This document shows, piece by piece, positions 1 through 9,419 of a stretch of 64,000 nucleotides of DNA. This DNA comes from an uncultured Eubacterium sp. Its GTDB lineage: Bacteria; Bacillota; Clostridia; Oscillospirales; Acutalibacteraceae. A model generated the notes under the pieces. The model worked only from the letters and a program-made list of their open reading frames with translations. It was not told the origin of the DNA and made no database searches. The number at the start of each line of letters is the position of its first letter. The stretch's first letter is position 1. The DNA lies in the NCBI RefSeq assembly GCF_945980375.1, contig NZ_CAMFQO010000006.1, forward strand, positions 10,524 to 74,523. The letters are read 5' to 3'. The translations under genes were made by a program, and so were the position numbers.

Positions 1-4
1 GTTT

Positions 5-13
5 TGATATAAT
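5..13 (+). promoter_or_regulatory. Extended -10 promoter element for the miaB operon
   Basis: TG-A-TATAAT at 5-13; any -35 would lie outside the window. Confidence 0.5.
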
Positions 14-81
14 ACTTGATAGTATGGATTATTATGCAAAAGTACGTTTTGCGATAATTGCACGTTATTGGAGGTGCAGCA

Positions 82-1512
82 TTGCCGGCAGATATAAAAA
101 AGATTTCCAAAGAGGAATTGGCAGAGCAAAATAAATATTCTCAAATGGTAAACGAGCTTATCTCAAAGCGGTATTCAGGCAAACCGCTTGCCTGCGTTGT
201 TACCTACGGCTGTCAGCAAAATATCGCCGACAGTGAGCGTATCAAGGGTATGCTTGAGGCAATGGGATATGGCTTTACTGAGGACAGGCTTGAGGCAAAG
301 CTTATCATCTTTAACACATGTGCAGTAAGGGAGCATGCCGAGGACAGAGTGTTTGGCAATGTCGGTGCCCTTAAAAGCTACAAGCTTGATAATCCCGATG
401 TTGTAATTGCTCTTTGCGGTTGTATGATGCAGCAGCAACACATTGCGGACAAAATCAAGCAGTCGTTTCCGTTTGTTGATTTGGTATTCGGTACCCACGT
501 TGTTTACAAGGTTCCGCAGCTTATTTACACTGCTTTGACAAGAAAGAAAAGAGTTTTTGAGCTCCCGGATGTTGACGGTGTAATTGCAGAGGGTATTCCC
601 GTAAAGCGTGATAACGACAAAAAGGCTTGGCTTCCCATTATGTACGGATGCAACAATTTTTGCTCGTACTGCATTGTTCCATATGTCAGGGGCAGGGAGC
701 GTAGCCGAGAGGTAAATGATGTTGTTGCCGAATTTAAGCAGTTGGTTGATGAGGGATATAGGGAGATTACACTCCTCGGTCAAAACGTTAATTCATACGG
801 CAAGGACCTTGAACCGAGGGTAAGCTTCTCGCAGTTGTTAAGAATACTTAACGACCTTGAGGGTGATTTCAGAATACGTTTTATGACCTCTCACCCAAAG
901 GATTGCACCAAGGAGCTCATAGAAACCATGGCACAGTGCGACAAGGTTGCAACCCATTTGCACCTGCCGTTTCAAAGCGGTAACGACCGCGTGCTCAAGG
1001 CAATGAACAGGTCCTATACAAGAGAAAAGTATTTGTCGCTCATTAATTATGCAAAAGAGCTTATGGGTGATGAGCTTTCAATTACAAGCGACATTATCGT
1101 AGGCTTTCCGGGTGAAACCTATGAGGAATTCTGCGACACACTGTCCTTGGTTGAGGAAATTAAGGCAACAAGCCTTTTCACCTTTATTTACTCTCCACGA
1201 GTAGGCACACCTGCAGCAGAGATGGACGACCCTGTACCGTACGAGGAAAAATCAAAATGGATGCGCGAGCTCCTTGCCTTGCAGGAAAGAATTTCCGGCG
1301 AGCAGATGGCACTGCACAGGGGCAAAACCTTTAAGTGCTTTGTGTACGGCAAGGGTAAGCAGGGAGATAATTATCTTGCCGCAAGAACCGACGGCAATTT
1401 GATTATAGAATTTGTAGGAGACGAGAGGCTCATAGGCTCCTTCCAAAAAATAAAAGTAACTGAGCCGCTCACCTATGTTATGCTGGGTGAATTAGAAAGG
1501 AAAGAAAAATGA
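82..1512 (+). CDS. miaB: tRNA-2-methylthio-N6-dimethylallyladenosine synthase MiaB (radical SAM methylthiotransferase)
   Basis: UPF0004 motifs TYGCQQN and NTCAVRE, radical SAM CNNFCSYC, C-terminal TRAM-like region. Start moved from 58 to TTG at 82 because GGAGGT lies 6 nt upstream. Confidence 0.93.
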   Translation: MPADIKKISKEELAEQNKYSQMVNELISKRYSGKPLACVVTYGCQQNIADSERIKGMLEAMGYGFTEDRLEAKLIIFNTCAVREHAEDRVFGNVGALKSYKLDNPDVVIALCGCMMQQQHIADKIKQSFPFVDLVFGTHVVYKVPQLIYTALTRKKRVFELPDVDGVIAEGIPVKRDNDKKAWLPIMYGCNNFCSYCIVPYVRGRERSREVNDVVAEFKQLVDEGYREITLLGQNVNSYGKDLEPRVSFSQLLRILNDLEGDFRIRFMTSHPKDCTKELIETMAQCDKVATHLHLPFQSGNDRVLKAMNRSYTREKYLSLINYAKELMGDELSITSDIIVGFPGETYEEFCDTLSLVEEIKATSLFTFIYSPRVGTPAAEMDDPVPYEEKSKWMRELLALQERISGEQMALHRGKTFKCFVYGKGKQGDNYLAARTDGNLIIEFVGDERLIGSFQKIKVTEPLTYVMLGELERKEK

Positions 1513-1919
1513 GTTTAGAATCAGCACTTAGAGAATTGGGAAAAGAAATTCAGGCAGACCCAAGATTTGAAGCACTTCAGGTTGCCGCAAAGGCAAATGA
1601 TGCAGATGAGGCTCTTCAGCAGCAGATGCAGGAGATGCAGCTCATCACACTTAAATATCAGCAGGAGGCTGAAAAGGGCGAGGAGGCTTCGCAGGAAAGA
1701 ATTGCAGAGCTTCAGCAGGAATATCAGGATATTTACACAAAGGTTATGGAAGGCGAGAATATGAAAAACTATTCCGAGGCTGCCGCACAGATGGAGCAGA
1801 TGGCACAGTATATCAGCCAGATGATCGGCCTTTTCTTTGACGGTCAGGACCCTGCAACCTGTGAAATACCTGCAACAGATTGCACACACGATTGCTGCAC
1901 CTGCGGCGGCTGTCACTAA
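1509..1919 (+). CDS. YlbF/YmcA (RicA/RicF-like) family regulator with Cys-rich C-terminus
   Basis: Helical Q/E-rich 136 aa protein in the miaB-ymcA-mutS position known from Bacillus; ends CEIPATDCTHDCCTCGGCH. Confidence 0.8.
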   Translation: MSLESALRELGKEIQADPRFEALQVAAKANDADEALQQQMQEMQLITLKYQQEAEKGEEASQERIAELQQEYQDIYTKVMEGENMKNYSEAAAQMEQMAQYISQMIGLFFDGQDPATCEIPATDCTHDCCTCGGCH

Positions 1920-1978
1920 TTGCACAATTATTAGCAAATAATTAATTAAAAATTACTTTAAGGACGGTGAACGGAATA

Positions 1979-4612
1979 ATGGCAAAGGAGCAAAAGCTAT
2001 CACCTATGATGGCACAGTATTTTGAAATTAAAAAGCAGTATCCGGGCGTTATACTGTTCTTCCGTCTTGGTGATTTTTACGAGATGTTTTTTGACGATGC
2101 CAAGATTGCTTCAAGAGTGCTTGACCTTGTTCTTACAGGTAAGGACTGCGGTCAGGGCGAAAGAGCACCGATGTGCGGTGTTCCGTTTCATTCGTCTGAC
2201 AGTTATATTGCAAAGCTTGTATCATACGGCTACAAGGTTGCAATCTGCGAGCAGGTTGAGGACCCTGCAACAGCAAAGGGCTTGGTTAAAAGAGATGTCG
2301 TAAGAGTCATTACTCCCGGTACCGTTATTGAAAACAATATTCTTGATGACGGTGTAAACAATTATCTTTGCTCTGTTTGTACACTTCAAAACGAAACAGG
2401 AATTTGCTTTGTGGATATTTCTACGGGAGAGTTCCATATCACCGCGGTGGGCAAGGAGGATGAGCAGGAAAAGATTATTAATCAGCTTTCAACTTACTCT
2501 CCAAAGGAAATTTTGGTTAACTCCTTAGCAAACGAGCTTGACGATGTTGTTGCCTTTGCGAAATCAAGGCTTGATGTTACTCCGGAGGTGTTGGAGGATA
2601 TCTCCTTTGATTTTGACAGTTCAACTGAGTTGATATTGCAAACGATGAACAGGGAGCAGATTGATTCCCTCGGTATCGGTAAAAGCAAGGCCGCCGTATG
2701 TGCGCTCGGCTCGGTTATACTTTACCTGCGCACAAACAGAAAAACCGATGAGCTTGAGGCTCCGTCTGAAATTGAGTTTTACGAGGAAACAGAGTTTATG
2801 AGCCTTGACATAAGCGCAAGGCGAAACCTTGAGCTTACTCGCTCAATGATGACGGGTGACAAGCGACATTCTCTTTTGTGGGTTATTGACAACACAAAAA
2901 CCGCAATGGGTAAAAGAATGCTTCGCTCCTGGCTTGAAAGACCGCTTGTAAACGTTTCTCAAATCAGCAGACGACAGAATGCTGTTGCCGAGCTTGTGGA
3001 TAACTCAATGCTTCGCGATGAGATAAAGGAGCTTCTTACAGGTGTAAATGATATTGAAAGGTTGCTCAGCCGTATTGCTTATTCAACTGCAAACGCAAAG
3101 GAATTGAGGTCGCTGTGTACAACCGTACAAAGACTGCCGGCAATCAAAGCACTGCTTGAGGGTACTGGCTCATCAATACTAAGGTCAATTTACGACGGCA
3201 TTGATACCTTGCAGGATGTTTATGAGCTTATCAATAACGCTATTGTGGACGAGCCTCCGTTTTCCGTTCGCGAGGGCGGAATGATAAAGGCGGGCTATAA
3301 TGAGGAAATTGATTCGCTCCACGATATTATGAATAACGGCACATCAATCCTTACCGAGATTGAAAACAGAGAAAAGGAAGCAACCGGTATTCCAAAGCTC
3401 AAGGTGTCATATAACAAGGTGTTTGGATATTTCATTGAGGTTACAAATTCCTACAAGCACCTCGTTCCCGAAACATATATCAGAAAGCAAACCCTTACAA
3501 ACTGTGAGCGATACATAACACAGGAGCTTAAGGACCTTGAGGGCAAGGTGCTCGGTGCAAAGGATAGGTGTGTAGCACTTGAATATGAAACCTTCTGTGC
3601 CGTTAGGTCTTCGGTTGCAGGTGAGGTTGAACGTATCCAAAAAACCGCAAAGGCTCTTGCAACTCTTGATTCACTTGCGTCGCTTGCTCAGGTTGCGTTT
3701 AATAACAATTATTGCTGTCCGCAAATTACCACCGACGGTACATTGGATATTAAGGACGGTAGGCATCCTGTTGTTGAGGCGCTTCTTAATGACACTCCGT
3801 TTGTTCCAAACGACACCCTGCTTGATTGCTCAAACAATCTATGCTCAATAATTACCGGTCCTAATATGGCGGGTAAATCAACATATATGCGTCAAACTGC
3901 ATTGATTGTGCTTATGGCACAAATCGGCTCCTTTGTTCCGGCAAGGAGTGCAAGGATTTCGGTGTGCGATGCAATCTTTACAAGAGTAGGTGCTTCGGAC
4001 GATTTGGCAACAGGTCAGTCGACCTTTATGGTAGAGATGAACGAGGTGTCCACTATTCTTAAAAATGCTACCGACAAATCACTTATTATTCTTGACGAAA
4101 TAGGCAGAGGCACATCTACCTTTGACGGTATGAGCATTGCAAGGGCGGTGCTTGAATATGTGGTTAAAAAAATCGGTGCAAAAACCTTATTTGCTACTCA
4201 CTACCACGAGCTTACGGCTATGGAGGGTATGCTTAAGGGTGTAAACAATTATTCTATTGCTGTTAAAAAACGCGGTGACGATATAACATTCCTTCGCAGG
4301 ATTGTTCACGGAGGTGCAGACCAAAGCTTCGGTATCGAGGTTGCAAAGCTTGCAGGTGTGCCGAGTGCGGTTACAAAGCGTGCAAAGGCTATCCTAAAGG
4401 AGCTTGAGGCTAACAGGGTAGAAATTGATTTTAAGGCAGACAACGCCGTAGAAGAGGAAGAAACCGAGGAAGAGGTTCAGTTTAATTTCAGGGCAAAGTC
4501 AACCGATGAGATGCTTGAATTAATCAAAGCAATAGACATTAATACATTAACGCCTATTGAGGCAATGCAAACTCTGTATGACCTTAAAAAAAGGGCAGAG
4601 GAAATTACTTAA
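1979..4612 (+). CDS. mutS: DNA mismatch repair protein MutS
   Basis: FFRLGDFYEMF mismatch-binding motif, Walker A TGPNMAGKSTYMRQ, DEIGRGTST; ATG 1979 preferred over GTG 1967 on SD spacing. Confidence 0.97.
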   Translation: MAKEQKLSPMMAQYFEIKKQYPGVILFFRLGDFYEMFFDDAKIASRVLDLVLTGKDCGQGERAPMCGVPFHSSDSYIAKLVSYGYKVAICEQVEDPATAKGLVKRDVVRVITPGTVIENNILDDGVNNYLCSVCTLQNETGICFVDISTGEFHITAVGKEDEQEKIINQLSTYSPKEILVNSLANELDDVVAFAKSRLDVTPEVLEDISFDFDSSTELILQTMNREQIDSLGIGKSKAAVCALGSVILYLRTNRKTDELEAPSEIEFYEETEFMSLDISARRNLELTRSMMTGDKRHSLLWVIDNTKTAMGKRMLRSWLERPLVNVSQISRRQNAVAELVDNSMLRDEIKELLTGVNDIERLLSRIAYSTANAKELRSLCTTVQRLPAIKALLEGTGSSILRSIYDGIDTLQDVYELINNAIVDEPPFSVREGGMIKAGYNEEIDSLHDIMNNGTSILTEIENREKEATGIPKLKVSYNKVFGYFIEVTNSYKHLVPETYIRKQTLTNCERYITQELKDLEGKVLGAKDRCVALEYETFCAVRSSVAGEVERIQKTAKALATLDSLASLAQVAFNNNYCCPQITTDGTLDIKDGRHPVVEALLNDTPFVPNDTLLDCSNNLCSIITGPNMAGKSTYMRQTALIVLMAQIGSFVPARSARISVCDAIFTRVGASDDLATGQSTFMVEMNEVSTILKNATDKSLIILDEIGRGTSTFDGMSIARAVLEYVVKKIGAKTLFATHYHELTAMEGMLKGVNNYSIAVKKRGDDITFLRRIVHGGADQSFGIEVAKLAGVPSAVTKRAKAILKELEANRVEIDFKADNAVEEEETEEEVQFNFRAKSTDEMLELIKAIDINTLTPIEAMQTLYDLKKRAEEIT

Positions 4613-4630
4613 GGATAAAAGGAAAATTCT

Positions 4631-5347
4631 ATGATAAGCAGTAACCAATATACCGATATGATTTTTACATTATTGAAGCCGGTACTTGTCACAGGTTTAA
4701 TTGCAATAGTTGCAAGCATCAGTATTGCATATGCAGTTTATTTCTATAACAAATCGAGAAATGTTAAGGAAAAATTTTCAACATACGAATTGATTTTTCT
4801 TTTTGGCATTATCGGAGCAGTTGTATATTTAATTTCAACAAGAAAAAAGGAAGCGAACTTTGAATATACAGGCGATAAGAAAAAGCATAAGATTGTATCT
4901 GTAATTCTTGCAGTTGTTTGTGTTGCTGTAATGGTTGTAAATATGTCAGGTGTATTGTTGGATGTTATTATTGGTGAAAATTATTTGGAAGCCATTAACG
5001 TATTGACTGAGGGATACTATGACAGAAACGGTATTAATTACGAGTATAGTGAGGATGTAATTTACTATACTGAGGATGGATATAAATTTAAGATTACAAC
5101 CGACAGTAACGGAAGTGCTATATGCTCTCAGTTAACTACCTCCTATGACGGTACATATAAAGAAAAATATGAGATTTACGATTGCTTTGTAGATAAGAAT
5201 GGATATTTAGTATTCTTTACTGATAATGAATTAGAGATGGACGATAATGTAGATGGAGTATTTTACTATTACGATTCCAACAACGAGTACTATGCATCTG
5301 TAGGTCTTGTTTATTGGGATGCAGAAGGAAAATTATGTGAATATTAG
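4631..5347 (+). CDS. Hypothetical membrane protein (about 3 TM segments plus Tyr/Asp-rich C-terminal domain)
   Basis: 238 aa ORF with RBS-like AAGGA; hydrophobic segments incl. LIFLFGIIGAVVYL (PLDc_N-like); repeated [YF]xDxxG hairpin motifs; AT-rich. Confidence 0.7.
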   Translation: MISSNQYTDMIFTLLKPVLVTGLIAIVASISIAYAVYFYNKSRNVKEKFSTYELIFLFGIIGAVVYLISTRKKEANFEYTGDKKKHKIVSVILAVVCVAVMVVNMSGVLLDVIIGENYLEAINVLTEGYYDRNGINYEYSEDVIYYTEDGYKFKITTDSNGSAICSQLTTSYDGTYKEKYEIYDCFVDKNGYLVFFTDNELEMDDNVDGVFYYYDSNNEYYASVGLVYWDAEGKLCEY

Positions 5348-5370
5348 TTTTTGAAGGCAGGTGAGGCTCA

Positions 5371-7254
5371 ATGGCACAGATTAATATTTTATCAAAAGAA
5401 GTGTATCAGCTTATAGCAGCAGGTGAGGTTGTTGAGCGTCCGTCATCTGTCGTTAAGGAAATGATAGAAAATTCCGTTGACGCCGGTGCAAAAAATATTA
5501 CCGTAGAAATAAAAAACGGCGGTTCAACATATATACGCATAACCGATGACGGCTGCGGTATTTCAAGAGAGGACGTAAAAAAGGTCTTTGTTTCTCACGC
5601 TACCTCCAAAATTAAGGAAAGTGACGATTTGGACAGGATTGCAACTCTTGGCTTTAGAGGTGAAGCAATGGCTTCCATTTCTGCCGTTGCCCGTGTTCAG
5701 CTTTTAACACGAACACCCGATGCCGAAATCGGTACAAGGTACGAAATAGCCGGAGGGCAGGAGCTTGAAATTGCAGATGCAGGCTGTCCTGTCGGCACGA
5801 CAATTGTTGTTGCTGATTTGTTTTATAATACCCCTGCACGAATGAAATTTTTGAAAAAGGATGTAACCGAGGCAAATGCTGTTGCAGGTGTGGTTGAAAG
5901 GATTGCTGTCAGTCACCCCGAAATATCCTTTAGGTTTATCCGTGACGGTAAGCAGGCGCTTGTAACATCGGGTAACGGTGACCTTAAAAGCACGGTTTAC
6001 TCTGTCTTTGGCAGAGATTTTGCACAGTCGCTTGTACCGGTTGATTATGAAATAAACAATATGCGCGTCAGCGGATTTGTAACAAAGCCGTCTATGTCAC
6101 GCAAAAGCAGAGGAATGCAGTTCTTCTTTATCAACTCAAGGCTTGTAAAATCGCAAACCGCTATGGCGGCACTTGAGCAGGCATATCGCAATTCAATTAT
6201 AGTTGGAAGATTTCCGGGCTGTGTTCTCAACATAGAATGTAACACCTCGTTCGTTGATGTAAATGTTCATCCTGCAAAAATCGAGGTGCGCTTTGCAAAC
6301 GAAAAGCCTGTATTTGAGCTTGTATATTACGGTGTAAAAAATGCTATCGAAATGCTTGACACACCAAAGGAGGCAAGCTTTTCATCATCAAGGCCTGTAC
6401 AGACAACTGTTAACGGCAGGATAGATTTCTTTAAGCCGCAGCAGGATAACGTTACTCAAATGCAATTTAAGCAGGAGCAGTCTGCCGATGATTTTTGGAG
6501 GGTGGCTTCAACGTCTCCTGTCAGCAAAAAGCCGGAGTATGATGAAGGCTTTGACAACGGTGCACAAAAAACCGCAAGGCTTGACCTTGAAAAAATAACC
6601 CGTCCTACCGCCGAAGAAAAGGTTGAAAATGAGCCAAAGGCAGTTGAGTCTTTGCCTAAAAAGGACTCTGTACAGGAGGTTGATATTCCTGATTTTAGGT
6701 TGGTCGGCGAAATATTTAAGACATATATTATCATTGAGATGGACGGCGATTGCTATATGATAGACAAGCACGCCGCTCACGAAAGAATGAATTATGAGGC
6801 ACTTAAGGCTTCAACTCAAATTGCATCACAGGTTTTGCTCACACCGGAGGCTGTAAGGCTTTCAAGAGAGGAATACAATGCAGTCATCTCCAATTTGGAT
6901 TTGTATTCAAAATGCGGATTTTTGATAGAGGATTTCGGCAACTCAACCGTTCTTGTGCGAGAGTGCCCGTCAATTCTCGACGGCGAGGACGTGGCAGGAC
7001 TTGTGCAGGAAACCTCGGCAAAGCTTTTGGAGGGCAAAACGGATATTACTCCGGAGCAGATGGATTGGATATTCCATTCTACATCGTGCCGGGCAGCCGT
7101 TAAGGCAGGGGATAAAACATCTCCTTACGAAATGGAGCTGTTTGTTAAAAAACTGCTTGCCAATCCAAATATCAGGTATTGCCCTCACGGCAGACCTGTT
7201 ATGATTAAGCTTTCTAAATACGACATTGAAAAGCAGTTTGGCAGGATACAATGA
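5371..7254 (+). CDS. mutL: DNA mismatch repair endonuclease MutL
   Basis: IAAGEVVERP, GFRGEA GHKL motifs, VDVNVHPAK, clamp motif QVLLTP, C-terminal CPHGRP. Confidence 0.97.
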   Translation: MAQINILSKEVYQLIAAGEVVERPSSVVKEMIENSVDAGAKNITVEIKNGGSTYIRITDDGCGISREDVKKVFVSHATSKIKESDDLDRIATLGFRGEAMASISAVARVQLLTRTPDAEIGTRYEIAGGQELEIADAGCPVGTTIVVADLFYNTPARMKFLKKDVTEANAVAGVVERIAVSHPEISFRFIRDGKQALVTSGNGDLKSTVYSVFGRDFAQSLVPVDYEINNMRVSGFVTKPSMSRKSRGMQFFFINSRLVKSQTAMAALEQAYRNSIIVGRFPGCVLNIECNTSFVDVNVHPAKIEVRFANEKPVFELVYYGVKNAIEMLDTPKEASFSSSRPVQTTVNGRIDFFKPQQDNVTQMQFKQEQSADDFWRVASTSPVSKKPEYDEGFDNGAQKTARLDLEKITRPTAEEKVENEPKAVESLPKKDSVQEVDIPDFRLVGEIFKTYIIIEMDGDCYMIDKHAAHERMNYEALKASTQIASQVLLTPEAVRLSREEYNAVISNLDLYSKCGFLIEDFGNSTVLVRECPSILDGEDVAGLVQETSAKLLEGKTDITPEQMDWIFHSTSCRAAVKAGDKTSPYEMELFVKKLLANPNIRYCPHGRPVMIKLSKYDIEKQFGRIQ

Positions 7255-8174
7255 TGGAAAAAACAAAGATTATTTGTATTGTCGGTGCAACTGCATCGGG
7301 CAAAACCGATTTGTCGGTTAAGCTTGCCAAGGCAATAGGCGGTGAAATTATTTCTGCTGATTCAATGCAGGTTTACAGGGATATGCCGATAGCAACCGCC
7401 GTTGCAACTCAAGACGAGCAGGACGGCGTGCCCCATCATCTTGTGGAATTTTTGGATGCAGGTCAGGCTTTTTCCGTAGCTGATTTTGTTGAACGTGCAA
7501 GGGTGCTGACGGCAGAGATTACCGCAAGGGGCAACGTGCCTTTAATTGTTGGAGGAACAGGGCTTTTTGTTGACAGCCTTGTAAAAAACATTTGCTTTAG
7601 CGATGTAGGCTCAAACGACAAGCTTCGCAGTGAGCTTGAGGCGATGGATACCGATGCACTTTATTCAAAGCTTCGTGACCTTGATTTTGAAGCCTCACTC
7701 CAAATACACCCTAATAACAGAAAGCGTGTTATCAGAGCTCTCGAGCTTTGTATGTCGGGTACAAGCAAAACACAACAAAACGAGATGTCAACGCTTACTG
7801 AAAGCCCGTATGACGCCCTTTATATCGGTGTTGGATATGAGGACAGGCAAAGGCTTTATGACAGAATTAACAAGCGAGTTGATCTTATGCTTGAAGCAGG
7901 GCTTGAAAATGAGGCAAGGCAGATGCTCGGCAGGCAGGGTGCTACTGCCGCTCAGGCAATAGGTCACAAGGAGCTTGCAGATTACATTAACGGCAGGGCA
8001 ACACTTGACGAGGCTGTTGACAGCTTGAAGCAGGCAACCCGCCGTTATGCAAAACGTCAGCTAACCTGGTTTAGACGAAATGAAAATATAAAATGGCTTT
8101 ATGCCGATACTATGAGCAAGGACGAGCTGATTAATTCAGCTGTTGCTCTTGCAAAGGATTTTTTGAAGAATTAA
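7251..8174 (+). CDS. miaA: tRNA dimethylallyltransferase MiaA
   Basis: P-loop GATASGKT, ISADSMQVY, VGGTGLF, RRYAKRQLTWFR. Confidence 0.96.
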   Translation: MMEKTKIICIVGATASGKTDLSVKLAKAIGGEIISADSMQVYRDMPIATAVATQDEQDGVPHHLVEFLDAGQAFSVADFVERARVLTAEITARGNVPLIVGGTGLFVDSLVKNICFSDVGSNDKLRSELEAMDTDALYSKLRDLDFEASLQIHPNNRKRVIRALELCMSGTSKTQQNEMSTLTESPYDALYIGVGYEDRQRLYDRINKRVDLMLEAGLENEARQMLGRQGATAAQAIGHKELADYINGRATLDEAVDSLKQATRRYAKRQLTWFRRNENIKWLYADTMSKDELINSAVALAKDFLKN

Positions 8175-8189
8175 CGAAGGGAGTTCATT

Positions 8190-9419
8190 ATGAAGAAGCT
8201 GCTTGATAATGTTAATAAGGGCAATGCCTTGATAATTGCGGTTATCCTGTTTATTGTTCTTTTTGTTGTTTATCAGTGTTACAGTGTAACTCATATTGAG
8301 CTTAAAACCCAAACGGCAACCGTCAGCACTGTTTACGACAAGGTTAGCAGTGAAGCATTGTTTATTCGTGATGAGGTTGTTATTAAGGATTCCTCTTCCG
8401 GTGTAACGGTTGCCTGCTTTGATGACGGTGACAAGGTTAATGTCGGCGGCAATGTTGCAATGAAGTTCGCCTCATCAAAGGCGGCGGCAAATTATTCAAA
8501 GTATGCAGAGCTTACCGAGCAAATAAAATATTACCAAACACTTGAATCTCAAACCGTAGGTCAGTCGGCTAATCTTGAAACAATAAATGATGATATTGAG
8601 CAAAAGGTTATTGATTACGCCTCTGCCGTAGGGCAAAATGAGATTGACGACACGGCGGACGCCTTGGATTCCGTTCTTGTAAGGCGTCAGCTTGTCATCG
8701 GTGAAAAGGTTGATTTGCTGTCTATCATTGAGGAGCTTCGCAACCGCCGCAGTGAATATGATTCGTTTTCAGAGCCGGACGGCTATATTAAAACGGACTG
8801 CTCCGGTGTGTTTAGCAGCTATACCGACGGATATGAGAATGTGATAGACTTTGATAAGGCGGAGGAAACCACTGCAGAGCAGTTCAAATCCGCATTAAAA
8901 TCTGTTGACCAATCAAAGAGTACATCGGATAATATAGGCAAGCTTGTAACAAGCTATACCTGGTATATTCAAACTCTTGTTGATGCCGACACCGTTAAGA
9001 ATATGAAAAACGGTGGCTATGTTCAAATTGCACTAAAGGACGATTTGAACAAAACCTTTAAGGCAGAGATTGTAAGCGGTGCAGAGCCTGAGTTTGGCGA
9101 AAAGCAAACTCTGCTTATTCTTAAACTGAATGAAATGAATTCCGATATTGCAAGGCTTCGCAGGGCAGAGATAGAAATCAGACGAGATTCGTACGAAGGC
9201 TTTAAGGTGCCGAGCGAGGCACTGCACGTTGTTGACGGCAAAAAGGGTGTTTATGTCCTTATTGCAAGTCAGGTAAGGTTTAGAGAGGTAAAGGTTATTT
9301 ACAGCGACGAGGATTATGTTCTTGTTGAATACGATCCGACAAATGCTGATTCAATCCACCTTTATGATAAAATTATTACACAGGGAAAGGATTTGGAGGA
9401 TGGACGGGTTTATACTTGA
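8190..9419 (+). CDS. HlyD/membrane-fusion-protein-like periplasmic adaptor subunit
   Basis: N-terminal TM anchor, barrel-sandwich-like segments flanking a coiled-coil hairpin, C-terminal VPSEALHVVDGKKGVYV typical of MFP tails. Confidence 0.65.
   Translation: MKKLLDNVNKGNALIIAVILFIVLFVVYQCYSVTHIELKTQTATVSTVYDKVSSEALFIRDEVVIKDSSSGVTVACFDDGDKVNVGGNVAMKFASSKAAANYSKYAELTEQIKYYQTLESQTVGQSANLETINDDIEQKVIDYASAVGQNEIDDTADALDSVLVRRQLVIGEKVDLLSIIEELRNRRSEYDSFSEPDGYIKTDCSGVFSSYTDGYENVIDFDKAEETTAEQFKSALKSVDQSKSTSDNIGKLVTSYTWYIQTLVDADTVKNMKNGGYVQIALKDDLNKTFKAEIVSGAEPEFGEKQTLLILKLNEMNSDIARLRRAEIEIRRDSYEGFKVPSEALHVVDGKKGVYVLIASQVRFREVKVIYSDEDYVLVEYDPTNADSIHLYDKIITQGKDLEDGRVYT

Noticed and set aside
175-783. 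202-aa - strand ORF (also 19839-20426, 48886-49455, 40045-40539)
   Set aside because: All lie wholly antisense to well-supported genes and have shadow-ORF composition
8882-8891. GTTCAAATCC tRNA T-loop-like motif
   Set aside because: Inside a coding region with no cloverleaf; no tRNA or rRNA genes found in the window
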